A DNA stretch of 64,000 bases from Heptranchias perlo (lineage: Eukaryota), in the NCBI RefSeq assembly GCF_035084215.1, contig NC_090338.1, forward strand, positions 59,892,001 through 59,956,000, read 5' to 3'. Shown here piece by piece: positions 50,663 to 64,000 of this stretch (within the stretch, counting starts at the first letter, position 1; the number at the start of each line of letters is the position of its first letter). Below the pieces are notes generated by a model that was not told the origin of the DNA, made no database searches, and saw nothing but the letters and a program-made list of their open reading frames with translations. The translations under genes and the position numbers were made by a program.

Positions 50663-53600
50663 TTTTTATTATTTGTTCATGGGTGGCAATCCAGCGGGCT
50701 GCTTTGTCCTGGATGGCGTCGAGCTTCTTGAGTGTTGTTGGAGCTGCACTCAACCAGGCAAGTGGAGAGTATTCCATCACACTCCTGACTTGTGCCTTGT
50801 AGATGGTGGAAAAGCTTTGGAGTGTCAGGAGCTGATGGAATATTCTCCACTTGCCTGGATGAGTGCAGCTCCAACAACACTCAAGAAGCTCGACACCATC
50901 CAGGACAAAGCAGCCTGCTTGATTGGCACCCCATCCACCACCCTAAACATTCACTCCCTTCACCATTGGCGTACCGTGGCTACAGCGTCGCGGAATACCC
51001 AGCCTCTGACCTGCTCTTGTAGCCACAGTATTTATGTGGCTGGTCCAGTTAAGTTTCCGGTCAATGGTGACCCACAGGATGTAGATGGTGGGGGATTTGG
51101 TGATGGTAATGCCGTTGAATGTCAAGGGGAGGTGGTTAAACTCTCTCTTGTTGGAGATGGTCATTGCCTGGCACTTGTCTGGCGCGAATATTACTTGCCA
51201 CTTATCAGCCCGAGCCCGGATGTTGTCCAGGTCTTGCTGCATGTTGGTTTGGACTGCTTCATTATCTGAGGGGTTGCGAATGGAACTGAACACTGTGCAG
51301 TCATCAGCGAACATCCCCATTTCTGACCTTATGATGGAGGGAAGGTCATTGATGAAGCAGCTGAAGATGGTTGGGCCTAGGACACTGCCCTGAGGAACTC
51401 CTGCAGCAATGTTCTGGGGCTGAGATTGGCCTCCAACAACCACTACCATCTTCCTTTGTGCTAGGTATGACTCCAGCCACTGGAGAGTTTTCCCACTGAT
51501 TCCCATTGACTTCAATTTTACTAGGAATCCATGGGGCCACACTTGGTCAAATGCTGCCTTGATGTCAAGGGCAGTCACTCTCACCTCACTTCTGGAATTC
51601 AGCTCTTTTGTCCATGTTTGGACCAAGGCTGTACTGAGGTCTGGAGCCGAGTGGTCCTGGCGGAACCCAAACTGAGCATCGGTGAGCAGGTTATTGGTAA
51701 GTGCCGCTTGACAGCACTGTCGACGACACTTTGCTGACAATTGAGAGTAGACTGATGGGGTAGTAATTGGCCGGATTGGATTTGTCCTGCTTTTTGTGGA
51801 CAGGACATACCTGGGCAATTTTCCACATTGTCGGGTGGATGCCTGTATTGTAGCTGTACTGGAACAGCTTGGCTAAAGGCGCAGCTAGTTTTGGAGCACA
51901 AGTCTTCATCACTACCGCCGGGATGTTGTCGGGGCCCATCGCCTTTGTTGTATCCAGTGCACTCAGCTGTTTCTTGATATCGCTGTCAGCCGTTTCTTGA
52001 TATGAAGTGGAGTGAATCGAATTGGCTGAAGACTGGTTTCTGTGATGGTGGGGATATCGGGAGGAGGCCGAGATGGATCATCCACTCGGCACTTCTGGCT
52101 GAAGATGGTTGCAAATGCTTCAGCCTTGTCTTTTGCACTCACGTGCTAGCAACCGCCATCATTGAGGATGGGGATATTTGCATAGCCTCCTCCTCCCGTT
52201 AGTTGTTTAATTGTCCACCACCATTCACGATTGGATGTGGCAGGACTGCAGAGCTTTGATCTGATCCGTTGGTTGTGGAATCGCTTAGCTCTGACTATAG
52301 CATGTTGCTTCCGCTGTTTAGCATGTGGCTACGAGAGCAGGTCAGAGGCTGGGTATTCTGCGGCAAGTGACTCACCTCCTGACTCCCCAAAGCCTTTCCA
52401 CCATCTACAAGGCACAAGTCAGGAGTGTGTTGGAATACTCTCCACTTGCCTGGATGAGTGCAGCTCCAACAACACTCAAGAAGCTCGACGCCATCCAGGA
52501 CAAAGCAGCTCGCTTGATTGGCACCCCATCCACCACCCTAAACATTCACTCCCTTCACCACTGACGCACCATGGTTGCAGTGTGTACCATCCACAGGATG
52601 CACTGCAGCAACTCGCCAAGGCTTCTTCGACAGCACCTCCCAAACCCACGGCCTCTACCACCTAAAAGGACAAGAGCAGCAGGCCCTTGGGAACAACACC
52701 ACTGCACGGTCCCCTCCATGTCACACACCATCCCGACTTGGAAATATATCGCCGTTCCTTCATCGTCGCTGGGTCAAAATCCTGGAACTCCCTTCCTAAC
52801 AGCACTGTGGAAGAACCTTCAGCACACGGACTGCAGCAGTTCAAGAAGGCGGCTCATCACCACCTTCTCAAGGGCAATTAGGGATGGGCAATAAATGCTG
52901 GCCTCACCAGCGATGCTGACATCCCATGAACAAATAATAAAAAAAAAATGCTCCTCTACACTCCTCATTGAACCAGGGTTGATCCACTGGCTTCTTGGTA
53001 ATGGTAGAGTGAGGAATATGCCGGGCCATGAGTTTACAGATTGTGCTGGAATACAATTCTGCTGCTGCTAACAGCCCACAGCGCCTCATTGATGCCCAGT
53101 TTTGAGCTGCTCAATCTGTTCTGAATCTATCCCATTTAGCACGGTGGTAGTGCCACACAACACGTTGATGGTGTCCTCAGTGTGAAGACGGGACTTCGTC
53201 TCCCCGAGGAATGTGCGGTGGTCACTCCTACCAATACTGTCATGGACAGATGCAGCTGCGACTGGTTGATTGGTGAGGATGAGGCCAAGTAGGTTTTTCT
53301 CTCATGTTGGTTCACTCACCGCCTGCCGCAGGCCCAGTCTGGCAGCTATGTCCTTCAGGACTCGGCCAGTTCGGTCAGTAGTGGTGCTAACGAGCCACTC
53401 TTGGTGATGGACATTGAAGTCCCCCACCCAGAGTACTTGCTATCTTCAGTGCTTCCTCCAAGTGGTGGTCAAAATGGAGGAGGACTGATTCATTAGCTGA
53501 AGGAGGGAGGTAGGTGGTAATCAGCAGGAGGTTTCCTTGCCCATGTTTGAGCTGATGCCATGAGATTTCATGGGGTCCGGAGTCAATGTTGAGGACTCCC

Positions 53601-54030
53601 AGTGCTACTCCCTCTTGACTGTATTTCACTGTACCGGTGGGACAGGAACTACCCAGGGATGGTGATGGAAGAATCTGGGACATTCGCTGAAAGGTATGAT
53701 TCTGTGAGTATGGCTATGTCAGGCTGTTGCTTGGCTAGTCTGTGGGACAGCTCTCCAATTTTGGCACAATTCCCCAGATGTTAGTGAGGAGGACTTTGCA
53801 GGGTCGACTGGGCTTGGTTTGTCTTTGTCGTGTCTGGTGCCTAGTCGTCCAATGCCGGGTGGTTGGTCTGGCTTTATTCATATTATGACTTTTTGTAGCA
53901 AGATTGTGCAACTGAATGGCTTGCTAGGTCATTTCAGAGGACGATTAAGAATCAACCACATTGCTGTGGGTCTGGAGTCACATATAGGCCAGACCGGGTA
54001 AGGACGACAGATTTCCTTCCATAAAGGACA
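50663..54030 (-). mobile_element. Rearranged CR1-clade LINE (second family) with internal + strand segments (about 50834-50985, 52325-52945)
   Basis: Endonuclease remnants (GNLLLITTYLPPSA) and RT motifs on the minus strand; same-family 3' segments in the opposite orientation. Confidence 0.85.
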
Positions 54031-54034
54031 TTAA

Positions 54035-57000
54035 TGAACCAGGTGGGTGCACATGAGCCAGGACTGTTCATCAACCGAAAGGGATACCACTCTATCAATG
54101 CGCAACTGGTTTGCAAGCACTGGGAGAGGTTTCTGCACGTGTGTGCCAGATTCCCTGCCAGCTGCCATGGTTCCTTCATTTTGTGTGAATCCAATGTCCC
54201 GGCCCTCTTCCACTCACAAGACAGATTTAAGGGCTGGCTCCTTGGAGACAAGCGATCCCCCTTCAGACGTGGCTCATGACACTTGTGAGAAACTCCACCA
54301 ATGCGACATAGCAGCGGTACAATGAGAGTCATAACATAGCCAGGTCTGTCACTGAACAAGCTATTGGAATGCTCAAGATACGCTTCAGGTGCCCGGATTG
54401 ATCTGGGGGATCCCTTCAGTACTCGCCAGCGAGGGTGTGTAGAATAATAGTCGTGTGTTGCGTCCTGCACAACATCGCTCAGCAGAGAGGGTTACCGGTG
54501 GATGAGGTCTCATGTGCTTATGAATCATCCGCACCTGCCATCAACATTGAAGAAGATTAGGAGGAGGAGGACGATGGGCAACCCACCGGCAGAGCAGCGG
54601 CTCACCTGTCTGCTCATGGTGCCAGCGACTCACTCATATTTGATAGATTCTCATAAAGAGATCTGTAAAGTGAAGATAGTGAAGTACTCAGACCTGGAAT
54701 GACCACTGACACCAGCAACACCCCACCCCCCCCCACCCCACCCCCGCCGTTTGCACACAACAGTTCTACAACCAAACATACACCCATTGTAAACACGCTA
54801 AATGGGTGGCATCAGGTCCTGCCGTTCATGATGAGGGACATGCAAATGCACTTTCATGAAAGGGACTCAAAATGGACAAGACGTGGCAGTGGTGGGGACA
54901 AGTATGACATTTATTGTGAATATAGAAGAAAACAAATAGAAATGAAAAACATGACATTTCGTCAGACACCCTTGTGCATACCCTTGGTGATTACAAAACC
55001 TTCGCCTTCCTCTTCCAACTACTTCTACATGGCTTCAGCAGAGGTAATGGCAGGTTGCTCAGGTTCCTGCCTGACTGCTGAGATGCTCTCAGCCTACGCC
55101 CTCTGGGTTTTGGAGTCTGTTAGGGCCCCACCAAAGACTGCTCCACCTGCACCTCTGCAGCGGCAGACTTGGCCACTGGGAGCGGAGGCAGCATTGCGGA
55201 TACCAATTGAGGGGGGGGACAATGGGCGAGACGTGGGAGCGCTTTTAGTGGAATCCCCATTTCCATGTCACCTTTCACCATCATCCCTCTCCTGGGCCAG
55301 GCCCACATCACTTCTACCACTCAGCTGGACAACAGCTTGGAGGACATGTGTGAAGCCTTGTAAGGCCACTGCTAATGTTTCTGTCTGCCTGTTTAAGGCT
55401 GCAGAATGTTGGTCACCCTGAGTCCGCATGGCCATTGTCAGGGCCTGAATGGACTCATTAGAGAGCCGTGCTTGAAGCTCAATGGAGGCTGCCATTTCTC
55501 TCCATTGCAGACATTCCTGCACTTACCCGTGCCACCAGTCCACTAATGCTGAAGGTAGACTCCTCCATCCTCTCCGCTGGTGTGGAGAGTGTGTGTAGCA
55601 CGTCTTCCAGTATGTCGCAAAGGTACATCTGTACATCAATCATTCTTCTTTTCTAGGACGGCCCCCGGGGTTCAGCATTTGTGTCCAGCTGAGCAGAGCT
55701 TGGAGATGCGTACGCCCCCTGAAGTGGACTCTCCACAGCTGCCCCAGCACCATTGTCTGTTCGTGCTCACCTGTGTGTGGTGAATCACCAGGTGACAACC
55801 CAACTAACTGTCTAATAGGCCCCACTGAGGTGTGAGTATCTGCGCTGGTGGATGGCTCGCTATGATGTGACAGTGCGCCCTCAGAGGCAGGGAGCTCCTC
55901 TGAGGAATCGCCCTCGTCCAGGTCATCTGTTGCTTCAGCACTCCTTGAGAGCCCTGGAAGAGAACATACAGCAATATAAGGATCATCGCAGAAGTGATGT
56001 TGCGATGAGCATCCTGAGGTGTACATCATGTCAATCATTGATAACATCAATTCATGTTGTGTGTGAGGGATGTTAACGTTCTGCCAGCAGACGTTTGCAG
56101 GGTGCCAGTCTCAGCATCTCCAACAGCGAGGCATTCCTGCGACTCGCTGAGCTCCAAGGCTTCCTCCACCGCCTCTGTTTAGGACCACTATTTGTGATAG
56201 GCCCGCCCCCCCCCTCCATTCCTACTCCTCTCCCGTGCATTTTGCGCTCTTCTCCTACAAGTGGAGAAAGAACAGACGTGTGAGTGAGTGAGAGTGACAG
56301 GGTCACCCAATGGATGCATTGCTTTGGGTGAGGCTTTCCATGAAAGTGATCGAGATGCATCAGAGGGTGAGTATCAGACAGATTGATCACATTGCATCAG
56401 GATTGGGGTGAGTGGGAGTGGTGGGTGCACAAATGGGGAGGTGAGGAAGTGCACAGAAAGTGAAGGTTACTTGATAATGAGACTTAAGTGGGTGTGAGGA
56501 GTAATGTGAGGGAATAGGCTTGGCGAAACAGAGTGGGGTGGGTTGGGTGGTGTGTTGAATCCCTACGTGGTCAGTTTTCGGTAAAATATTAAAATGTCTA
56601 CGTGGCAAAGAAGCAGAATGCAAAATGGTTAGAAAGGGTTAATTAGTTAGTAACTGAGATTGATACAAGTGGCCTGGCCCTCCTGCTGGGCCATATGTTT
56701 GCGTAGTCAGCAGGTTTGCATGGTCTTATCAATGATAGGTCTTTGATGTGAGTCAAGGACTGGTCTGAATGTCTCCATGTTTATGGCAGATCAATATAGG
56801 TAACGAGCTTAGCCAAAGTTGAAAGACATTCCAGGTTGGGAGATAAGGAACAGAAGGAACAGGGAAGAACATTCCAAGTTGGAAGATGAGGAAGTATCCC
56901 CTTTGATGTCTAACAGCTGCATGATCAGCACATGGACGATCTATGATTGGCCGGAAATAATGTAACCTCGCATGGCAACCTATGCCCGGCTTATGATTGG

Positions 57001-57767
57001 TGTTGACCCTCGTTAAGTATGTTCCAACCCTATTCATCTGTATAAAAACGTGTGGATTTCTGTATGTTTTTGTTCTTGCTCTGCCAGCATGGGGGACTCT
57101 ATCAGGAGTCCAAATCAATGCTGCAGACTAAGAACCCTGCTATTAAAGGTGTGCTGAACTTTAAAATGTATTCGACTTCAGTTTTTACTGAACCAGACTG
57201 AGGGGAAAGAATCCGATCGTCATGTACACCACAGGATGTGGGTGAATCAGTAACTGTACTCACTTTTCCTGACCTGGTTAGGTCTTTAAAGCGGTTCCTG
57301 CACTGTACCCACGACCTGCCACCGTTCTCCTGCTACTCAGCTCCTCTGCCACCTTGAGCCAGGCCTTCTTGGTGGGAGAGGCAGGTTGCTTCCTCCTATC
57401 CCCTGGGTACAGTATGTCCCTCCTGCTCTTCACACCAGCCAGTAGCAACTCAAGAGAAGAGTCATTAAACTGGGGTGCTGGCTTCGTCCTTTGTTGTTCC
57501 ATTTCTTTAAATTCCTCCTTTCTCCCTCAAAATCCACGGTGCAATGTCCCTTTAAATACTCCAGCACCCAGCACATCATTCAGGTGTGTAGTATGCCTGC
57601 TGCTCAGCTTGGAGACCCGAAACCCGGAAGTCACATCAAGGGTCTTCAATTGAGTCGCGATCGCTCGAGAAAACGCATGAAAATTTTTCCCAGTTTCCCA
57701 CCTGCTTATTGACCTCCCTTCCTCCCCCACCCGCTCAGATCCCACCGCTATGTTAAAATTTACCCCT
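54035..57767. mobile_element. PIF/Harbinger transposon (transposase on +, Myb/SANT gene on -), left end lost
   Basis: NRKGYHSINAQLVC..PASCHGSFIL..WLLGDK HARBI1-like DDE motifs at 54034-54660; Myb exon MEQQRTKPAPQFND..KKAWLKVAEEL at 57278-57502; right TIR AAAATTTACCCC. Confidence 0.85.
56565..57222 (+). mobile_element. Probable solo LTR inserted in the Harbinger Myb intron
   Basis: Interrupts homology with the first Harbinger. TATAAAA at 57041, ATTAAA at about 57142, ends in CA. TSD not clean. Confidence 0.45.
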
Positions 57768-58004
57768 ATGTTTCTGTTCTTTAATACAGCATGTTTCAGG
57801 GAGACTCTGAGCTGGGACGCCAGACTGGAATCCCCTTACAAAAACTTTTATTACAAGATACAAGGACAAGAGTGGTATGTTTGAATCGCAAGTATCACTC
57901 CAAGAAGTCTAGATATTGGTTCACATCCAGATAAAGTAGAGATTCTCAAATCCTTCACTATCGACACCAACAGTAGTGGAGCTCTTGGAGAGACCATTGT
58001 ACCC

Positions 58005-58335
58005 TTATTGAGGAGGTTTGATAGCGTAGATAGGGAGAAACTGTTTCCACTGGCAGGAGGGTTGGTAACCAGAGGACACAGATTTAAGATAATTGGCAAA
58101 AAATCCAGGAGGGAAATAAGGAGAGTTTTTTTTACGCAGCGAGTTGTTACGATCTTGAATGCACTGCCTGAAAGGGTGGTGGAAACAGATTCAATAGTAA
58201 CTTTCAAAAGGGAATTGTATATATACTTGAAAAGGAGAAATTTGCATGGCTAGCGGAATAGAGCGGGTTAGTGAGGCTGATTGGATAGCTCTTTCAAATA
58301 TAGCACAGATATGATGGGCTGAATGGCCTACTTCT
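58005..58335 (+). mobile_element. CR1 3' fragment
   Basis: TRGHRFKIIGK..FFTQRVV motif and ATTCTATG tail. Confidence 0.85.
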
Positions 58336-59424
58336 GTGCTATATGATTCTATGATCCTAACTGTAGATAAGGTGAGAATTCTCTCACTGCTACACTCCCA
58401 TTGTGTTTGTAAATAAAACCAGTTGTTGGTGCAGCCTGGTGAACAGTCGGTTAACATTGTATATTCAGTCTACTTTTGGAAGGGGGGAAGGTCAGGGAAT
58501 GGCATGTGATACCTTCCAGTAGCCAGTGTACAGTGTAAGGTTCTCTGTTACAATTCATGGGTCTCTCTATTGTTTACTTAGATATTGGGCAGGGAAAGGT
58601 ACACTCCAGATCATAGGGGATGTGGGGACAGCTTACAGGAATTACCAATGATGCTGAACCTGAAAAAATAGTTAATGTAAAAACCCAAAAATGTGATCCC
58701 CCCCCCCCCCCCCCCCGTATGCTTGTGTTACTGTCTAAAGTTTCTGGGCTCTTGTCTTTTAAAGTTAGTTTTAATAATAAAATAAGCAATAAATGTAATT
58801 GGTATTCATACATTTTTCAACCTTTATGAAAGGTCTCTGATACAATATTAATTAGAAAATGCTATAAAAACACAGTAGGTCAGTCAGAGAATGTAGATGA
58901 GAAGACAGGTTAATGTTTCAGGTGTATCAGCTACCTGGGAACTCAGAACCTACCTGTCTTTTCTCTTTACTGACCTGCTGTGTGTTTCCAGCATTTTCTG
59001 TTTTCATTTTGCAGTAGAATTGTTTTTTGGGGACAGAATTTTTCGCAATGACACTAATTATGTCAGCTGTTCTATAACACTTTTATGTTTGTACATTACA
59101 ACTGTTTAAATAAAATGGAATTGCTCAAAGGTGATGACTTTTCAATACATCGTCAATGAACAAAAATCCATCCGCCACTGCAACTGATTGTGGGCAACTT
59201 AGATTGGAACCATATCATAAAATTAGAGCACAGCAGACCTCTGAACACCTGATCCTAAACACAGAGAAAAAAATTGTACATAAGATGGCCTGAGTTAGAA
59301 TCACAAAGCATTACAGCACAGAAAGAGGCCATTGGGAACATTAAGTCTGCACTGGTGTTTTTCTCTATATGAACTACCTAGTCTAATCCCACTCTTCTTC
59401 TCATTCTCCTTTAATTTTACTTAT

Positions 59425-60342
59425 TTTTTATTCATTCATGGGATGTGGGTGTCAGTGGCAAGACCAACATTTATTGCCCATTCCTAATTGTCCTTGAGAA
59501 GGTGGTGGTGAGCCGCCTTCTTGAACCGCTGCAGTCCGTGTGGTGACGGTTCTCCCACAGTGCTGTTAGGAAGGGAGTTCCAGGATTTTGACCCAGCGAC
59601 GATGAAGAACGGCGATATATTTCCAAGTCGGGATGGTGTGTGATTTGGAGGGGAACATGCAGGTGGTGTTGTTCCCATGCACCTGCTGCCCTTATCCTTC
59701 TAGGTGGTAGAGGTCGTGGGTTTGGGAGGAGCTGTCGAAGTAGCCTTGGCGAGTTGCTGCAGTGCATCCTGTGGATGGTACACACTGCAGCCACAGTGTG
59801 CCGATGGTGAAGGGAGTGAATGTTTAGGGTGGTGGATGGAGTGTCAATCCAGCGGGCTGCTTTGTCCTGGATAGTATCGAGCTTCTTGAGTGTTGTTGGA
59901 GCTGCACTCATCTAGGCAAGTGGAGAGTATTCCATCACACTCCTGACTTGTGTCCTGTAGATGGTGGAAAGGCTTTGGGGAATCAGGAGGTGAGTCACTC
60001 ACCACAGAATACCCAGCCTCTGATCTACTCTTGTAGCCACAGTATTTATGTGGCTGGTCCAGTTAAGTTTCTGGTAAATGGTGACCCCCAGGATGTTGAT
60101 GGTGGGGATTTGGCGATGGTAATGCCATTGAATGTCAAGGGGAGGTGGTTAGACTTGTTCTTGTTGGAGATGGTCATTGCCTGGCACTTGTCTGGCATGA
60201 ATGTTACTTGCCACTTATCATCCCAAGCCTGGATGTTGTCCATGTCTTGCTGCATGTGGGCACAGACTGCTTCATTATCTGAGGGGTTGCAAATGGAACT
60301 GAACATTCTGCAATCATCAGCAAACATTACCACTTCTGACCT
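59425..60342 (-). mobile_element. CR1-clade LINE (second family) 3' fragment nested in an older CR1
   Basis: MFADD..DKWQVTF motifs and family 3' end. Confidence 0.88.
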
Positions 60343-60599
60343 TTTTCAAACAGCTATCTGACTCCCTGTTAAAAAGAATTTATGGACTTAGTTTCAATAA
60401 AGGTTTGTAGCAGAGAATTCCATATTCCAACCACCCTGCATGTAAAGAACTTTTTCTAACCTCCCGTTTAATTCTTTTTGTGATTGTCTTAAATTTGTGT
60501 CCCCTCATTACTATCTTACTGACCAGTGGAAACAATCTATCATGATTTACCATATCATAACCCTTTATCTTTCTTTATTTGTCTGTCTGTCACTGTCTC

Positions 60600-60980
60600 T
60601 CTAGAGACTTGAGCACGTAATCTAGGCGGACACTTCAGTGCAGTGCTGAGGGAGTGCTGCACTATCATAGGTGCCATCTTTTGGATGACATGTTAAACCG
60701 AGGCCCCATCTGCTCTCTCAGGTGTATGTAAAAGATCCCATGACATTATTTGAAGTAGAGCAGGGGAGTTCTCCCCGATGTCCTGGCCAATATTTATCCC
60801 TCAAGCAACATCACTAAAACGGATAATCTGGTAATTATCTCTGCTGTTTGTGGGACCTTGCTGTGTGCAAATTGGCCGCTGTGTTTCCTACATTACAACA
60901 GTGATTACATTTCAAAAGTACTTCAATGGCTGTAAAGCATTTTGGGCCATGAAAGGCGCTATACAAATGCAAGTCTTGCT
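60600..60980 (+). mobile_element. Deu-domain SINE
   Basis: Well-conserved core and tail. Confidence 0.85.
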
Positions 60981-61899
60981 TTCATCTTCAGAAGTCTCCT
61001 TAAAACCTATGTCTTTGACCAGGCTTTGGTTACTTCTCCCAGCCAGCTTCTCCCAATTCCTATTGGATGTTTGTTACCTCTTACCTTTGCAACACACTTT
61101 GGGTCATTTCACTATCATAAAGGCTCTCTGAAAATATAAGTTGTTCTGTTAATGATTTAAATTCATACCTGAATAGGAGATGAATAAGGGACTACATGGA
61201 CACACATGAGGGAAGAGGCTTAGGGCTCCCTCTCATATATTGCTTTGGGTCTGCAGTTATGGCTGAATGAACTACACTATAATGTCATTATTTTGCAAAA
61301 AACAATTAAGTTTTTGTTATGTTCTCGTACCTGCAGTGATATAAGGAACAGTTGGATGCTACAATGAGGGAAATGTTAGATTCTCTGGGTGGATGAATTA
61401 AGATGGGCTGAATGGCCGCCTTCATCTGTAATCTAAGACTGAAGTTATGTTGAAATTACTTGTCTAATTCCCGTATTTCTGGATTTTGATATGGAGCCAG
61501 CAGATCTGAGTTATATTGCTGATCGTGAGTCATATTAAGGTCCAAGAGATGGGCCCTCTCATGCAGCCTTGGAGGTGCAACACATCTTGGCTGAAACCAA
61601 AAGCTAATATAGTGAAACATTTAGTTTCCCGCTGTACAAGCATTAAAAAAAGGAAGTCATTCTTGCAGAATGGGTATTTCTCAGAATTTAGACAAATAAA
61701 TATATTTTTATATAAAGAAATCATAGGGTTAGCCATTTAGAAGTACTGATTTCCAAATGTTCTGAACCTATACTAATTATAAGACTGCTGACCACATTTG
61801 TTCCTCTCCCAAAATACTTTAAGAACGCTTCCCTTTATTGGGAAGTTAGTCAAAGTAGTTACTTTCACACCCAGCACCAACTTTGTGCAAAGCCTTAGA

Positions 61900-62255
61900 A
61901 AGAAAGAAAGACTTGCATTTATATAGTGCTTTTCACAACGGCTAATGAAATACTTTTGAAGTGTAGTCACTGTTGTAACGTAGGAAACATGGAAGGCAAT
62001 TTGCGAACAAGTTCCCCCAAAGAACATTGAGATAAATGACCAGGACATCCGTTTTTAGGTGTTGGTTGAGGAATAAATATTGGCCAGGACACCGGGGAGA
62101 ACTCCCCTGATCTTCTTCAAATAGTGCTCTGGGATCTTTTAAGAGAGGGCAGACTGGGTATAATGTCTCATCCAAAAGATAGAACCTCTGACATTGCAGC
62201 ACTCCCTCAGTGCAGCACTGAAGTGTCACCCTGGATTATGGGGCTCAAGTCTCAC
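61900..62255 (-). mobile_element. Deu-domain SINE
   Basis: Reverse complement of the SINE core and tail. Confidence 0.82.
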
Positions 62256-64000
62256 AGAGATGCAGGAGGCAAGTTTCAGGCTATCAGAAATCTGGGTCTC
62301 TAATGGACCTTTATTTGTTGCTTGATTTCAAGAAATTATGAACACATGGGAACTCTGAAGCTTCCTATCAGCAGCTCCATGTTAGCCACTGTTTGAAAGA
62401 AAAGTATTTGCTAAATATGACAATCACGGTTTAGCAATTTAACAGCCAGAGAATCAGAATCTTGAACACTATAAAATAATGAATCTTCCGCGAGTACAGC
62501 TGCACTGATCAGAAACTTTACATCAATGGCTGTTCTTTGAAACTTGAGTCCCAAACCATGGTTATTCCATATGTAGTTTAACTGCTTCTAACACCTGAAA
62601 ACTTGCTCTCATAAATAAAGCTTTGGCTCTTTCTGGGAATCAAAATTAAAAACAAATGCATGTATATCTTAAGAAGACTGTCTATATCCCATCCTTAGGA
62701 GCAGCCCTTCCTATGGACTACATCCAAAAGGTGGAAGGATGTTTTGTGTGCTCGTATGACCCTGGTAGCTATGCTGGTGGCAATATAGCCAGAGAGGTCG
62801 AAAGGCAGGAGTCAAATTAAAGGTCAGTCCACCAGTCCTCCTGGTGGGGTTTTTTGAGTCAGGCTAACGACTTATCCACATGATAATACCTTTCGTTATG
62901 GAAACAACCGAGAGACAAGACGAGTCTGTCACAGACTTGCAAATGTAAACACCAAATGTGGACAACCACGATCTGTTGTTTGAAAGGCAAGATGATACAC
63001 CGATCGGAGTCAAATACTTTGCTTTGGACAGACAGCAGTGGAAGAAATGGGTTGCCCTACGTGCCACGAGGTTGCCTGCCTTTCTTCCGTGACCTTGTCT
63101 GTGCCCGGGTGGCCCTGGATAGGGAGCATGTGGTGTCCACTGGTATGCTTGAGGCCTTCTGCAACCAGTAGACACACACAATGACACTATCATTTAGTTT
63201 TATAGGTTTCCCCTTTGTTCTATTGAAATCAGACTTTATGTTTCAATTCTTTTATTAATTGTGCCTCTTTAAAACAAATGGGCATGTGCAAATTTGTTTC
63301 TCTGGGTAATCCAGTGTCATCGTTATGGATCATTTAAAAAAGAGGCAACAGCACTGCTAATCTGGGTGAGAAGCAACTCTGTTCCTGCAATTCCTTTCAA
63401 AGTAATGAAGCTAAACAAAGAGTCTGCACAAATATTTTCCACAGATGCAAAAAATTGGATGCACCCTTAAAAACAATTGTACCTTAAGTTTAAATTTATT
63501 ATGGTCGATCAAAATAAAAGTTGCAATTTGTTTGTGTCTGCTTCATTCTTAATAAGTTTTACTACATTAAAGGCGCATTATAAATGTAAGTTGTTCTTGT
63601 TGTAGGAGTGGGGCACATGTCTTCATGTCCTTATATTATCCTTTGCACAGATTCTCCTCAGCGCTACTGAGACACTCTACTTCTGCAACATACTCAATTT
63701 TTATACATCCTAAATCTCTACCTGCTTCTCCTTTTATTTAAGTAAAAATGGGAAATCCAAGATTATAACACACATTATGCGTCTGTCTGGTATTACTGGG
63801 AACTGTATTATGTCAGCACCCAACCACAGATTATGCTTAGCACAAACATACATTTCACTACTCCACCTCCCAAAATTGCTCTCTTTTGCTGTTTCAGTAT
63901 AAGTAATTAAAATCCAGCTGTTATGTACAATTGATGAGAGAATCTTTGCTTTAAAGGGGCCCTAAATTACATTTAAGTCTATTTACTTTCAAGCAGCGTA

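Noticed and set aside
54699-55421. 240-aa + strand ORF
   Set aside because: Antisense to the Harbinger Myb gene's last exon, with no recognisable domain.

Overview
Vertebrate genomic DNA. The Deu-type SINEs, CR1/L2 LINEs, Penelope and Harbinger content point to a cartilaginous fish (inference). Most ORFs in the track are transposon debris. The key host feature is a spliced minus-strand immunoglobulin-superfamily gene (23409 to 12291). It has a 46-nt leader, an 89-nt intron, a single germline-joined V+J exon with no RSS, three IgH-like C1 exons and an uncharged TM exon without Ig/TCR motifs. This makes it a non-rearranging, membrane-anchored, antigen-receptor-like gene. Its second C1 exon has a broken donor, and its TM exon is partly duplicated as a 102-bp inverted repeat. 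A divergently oriented pseudogene paralog starts at 44760 (+). It shares a near-identical promoter, leader and intron but has a divergent V, and a 39-bp intronic unit has expanded from 2 to about 50 copies. Between the paralogs lie a degenerate LTR retroelement with a class I fusion-type env, a nested second env-bearing LTR element, a palindromic Penelope insertion with a hammerhead-like core, and Harbinger transposons. All coordinates and identities were read by eye; no searches were run.
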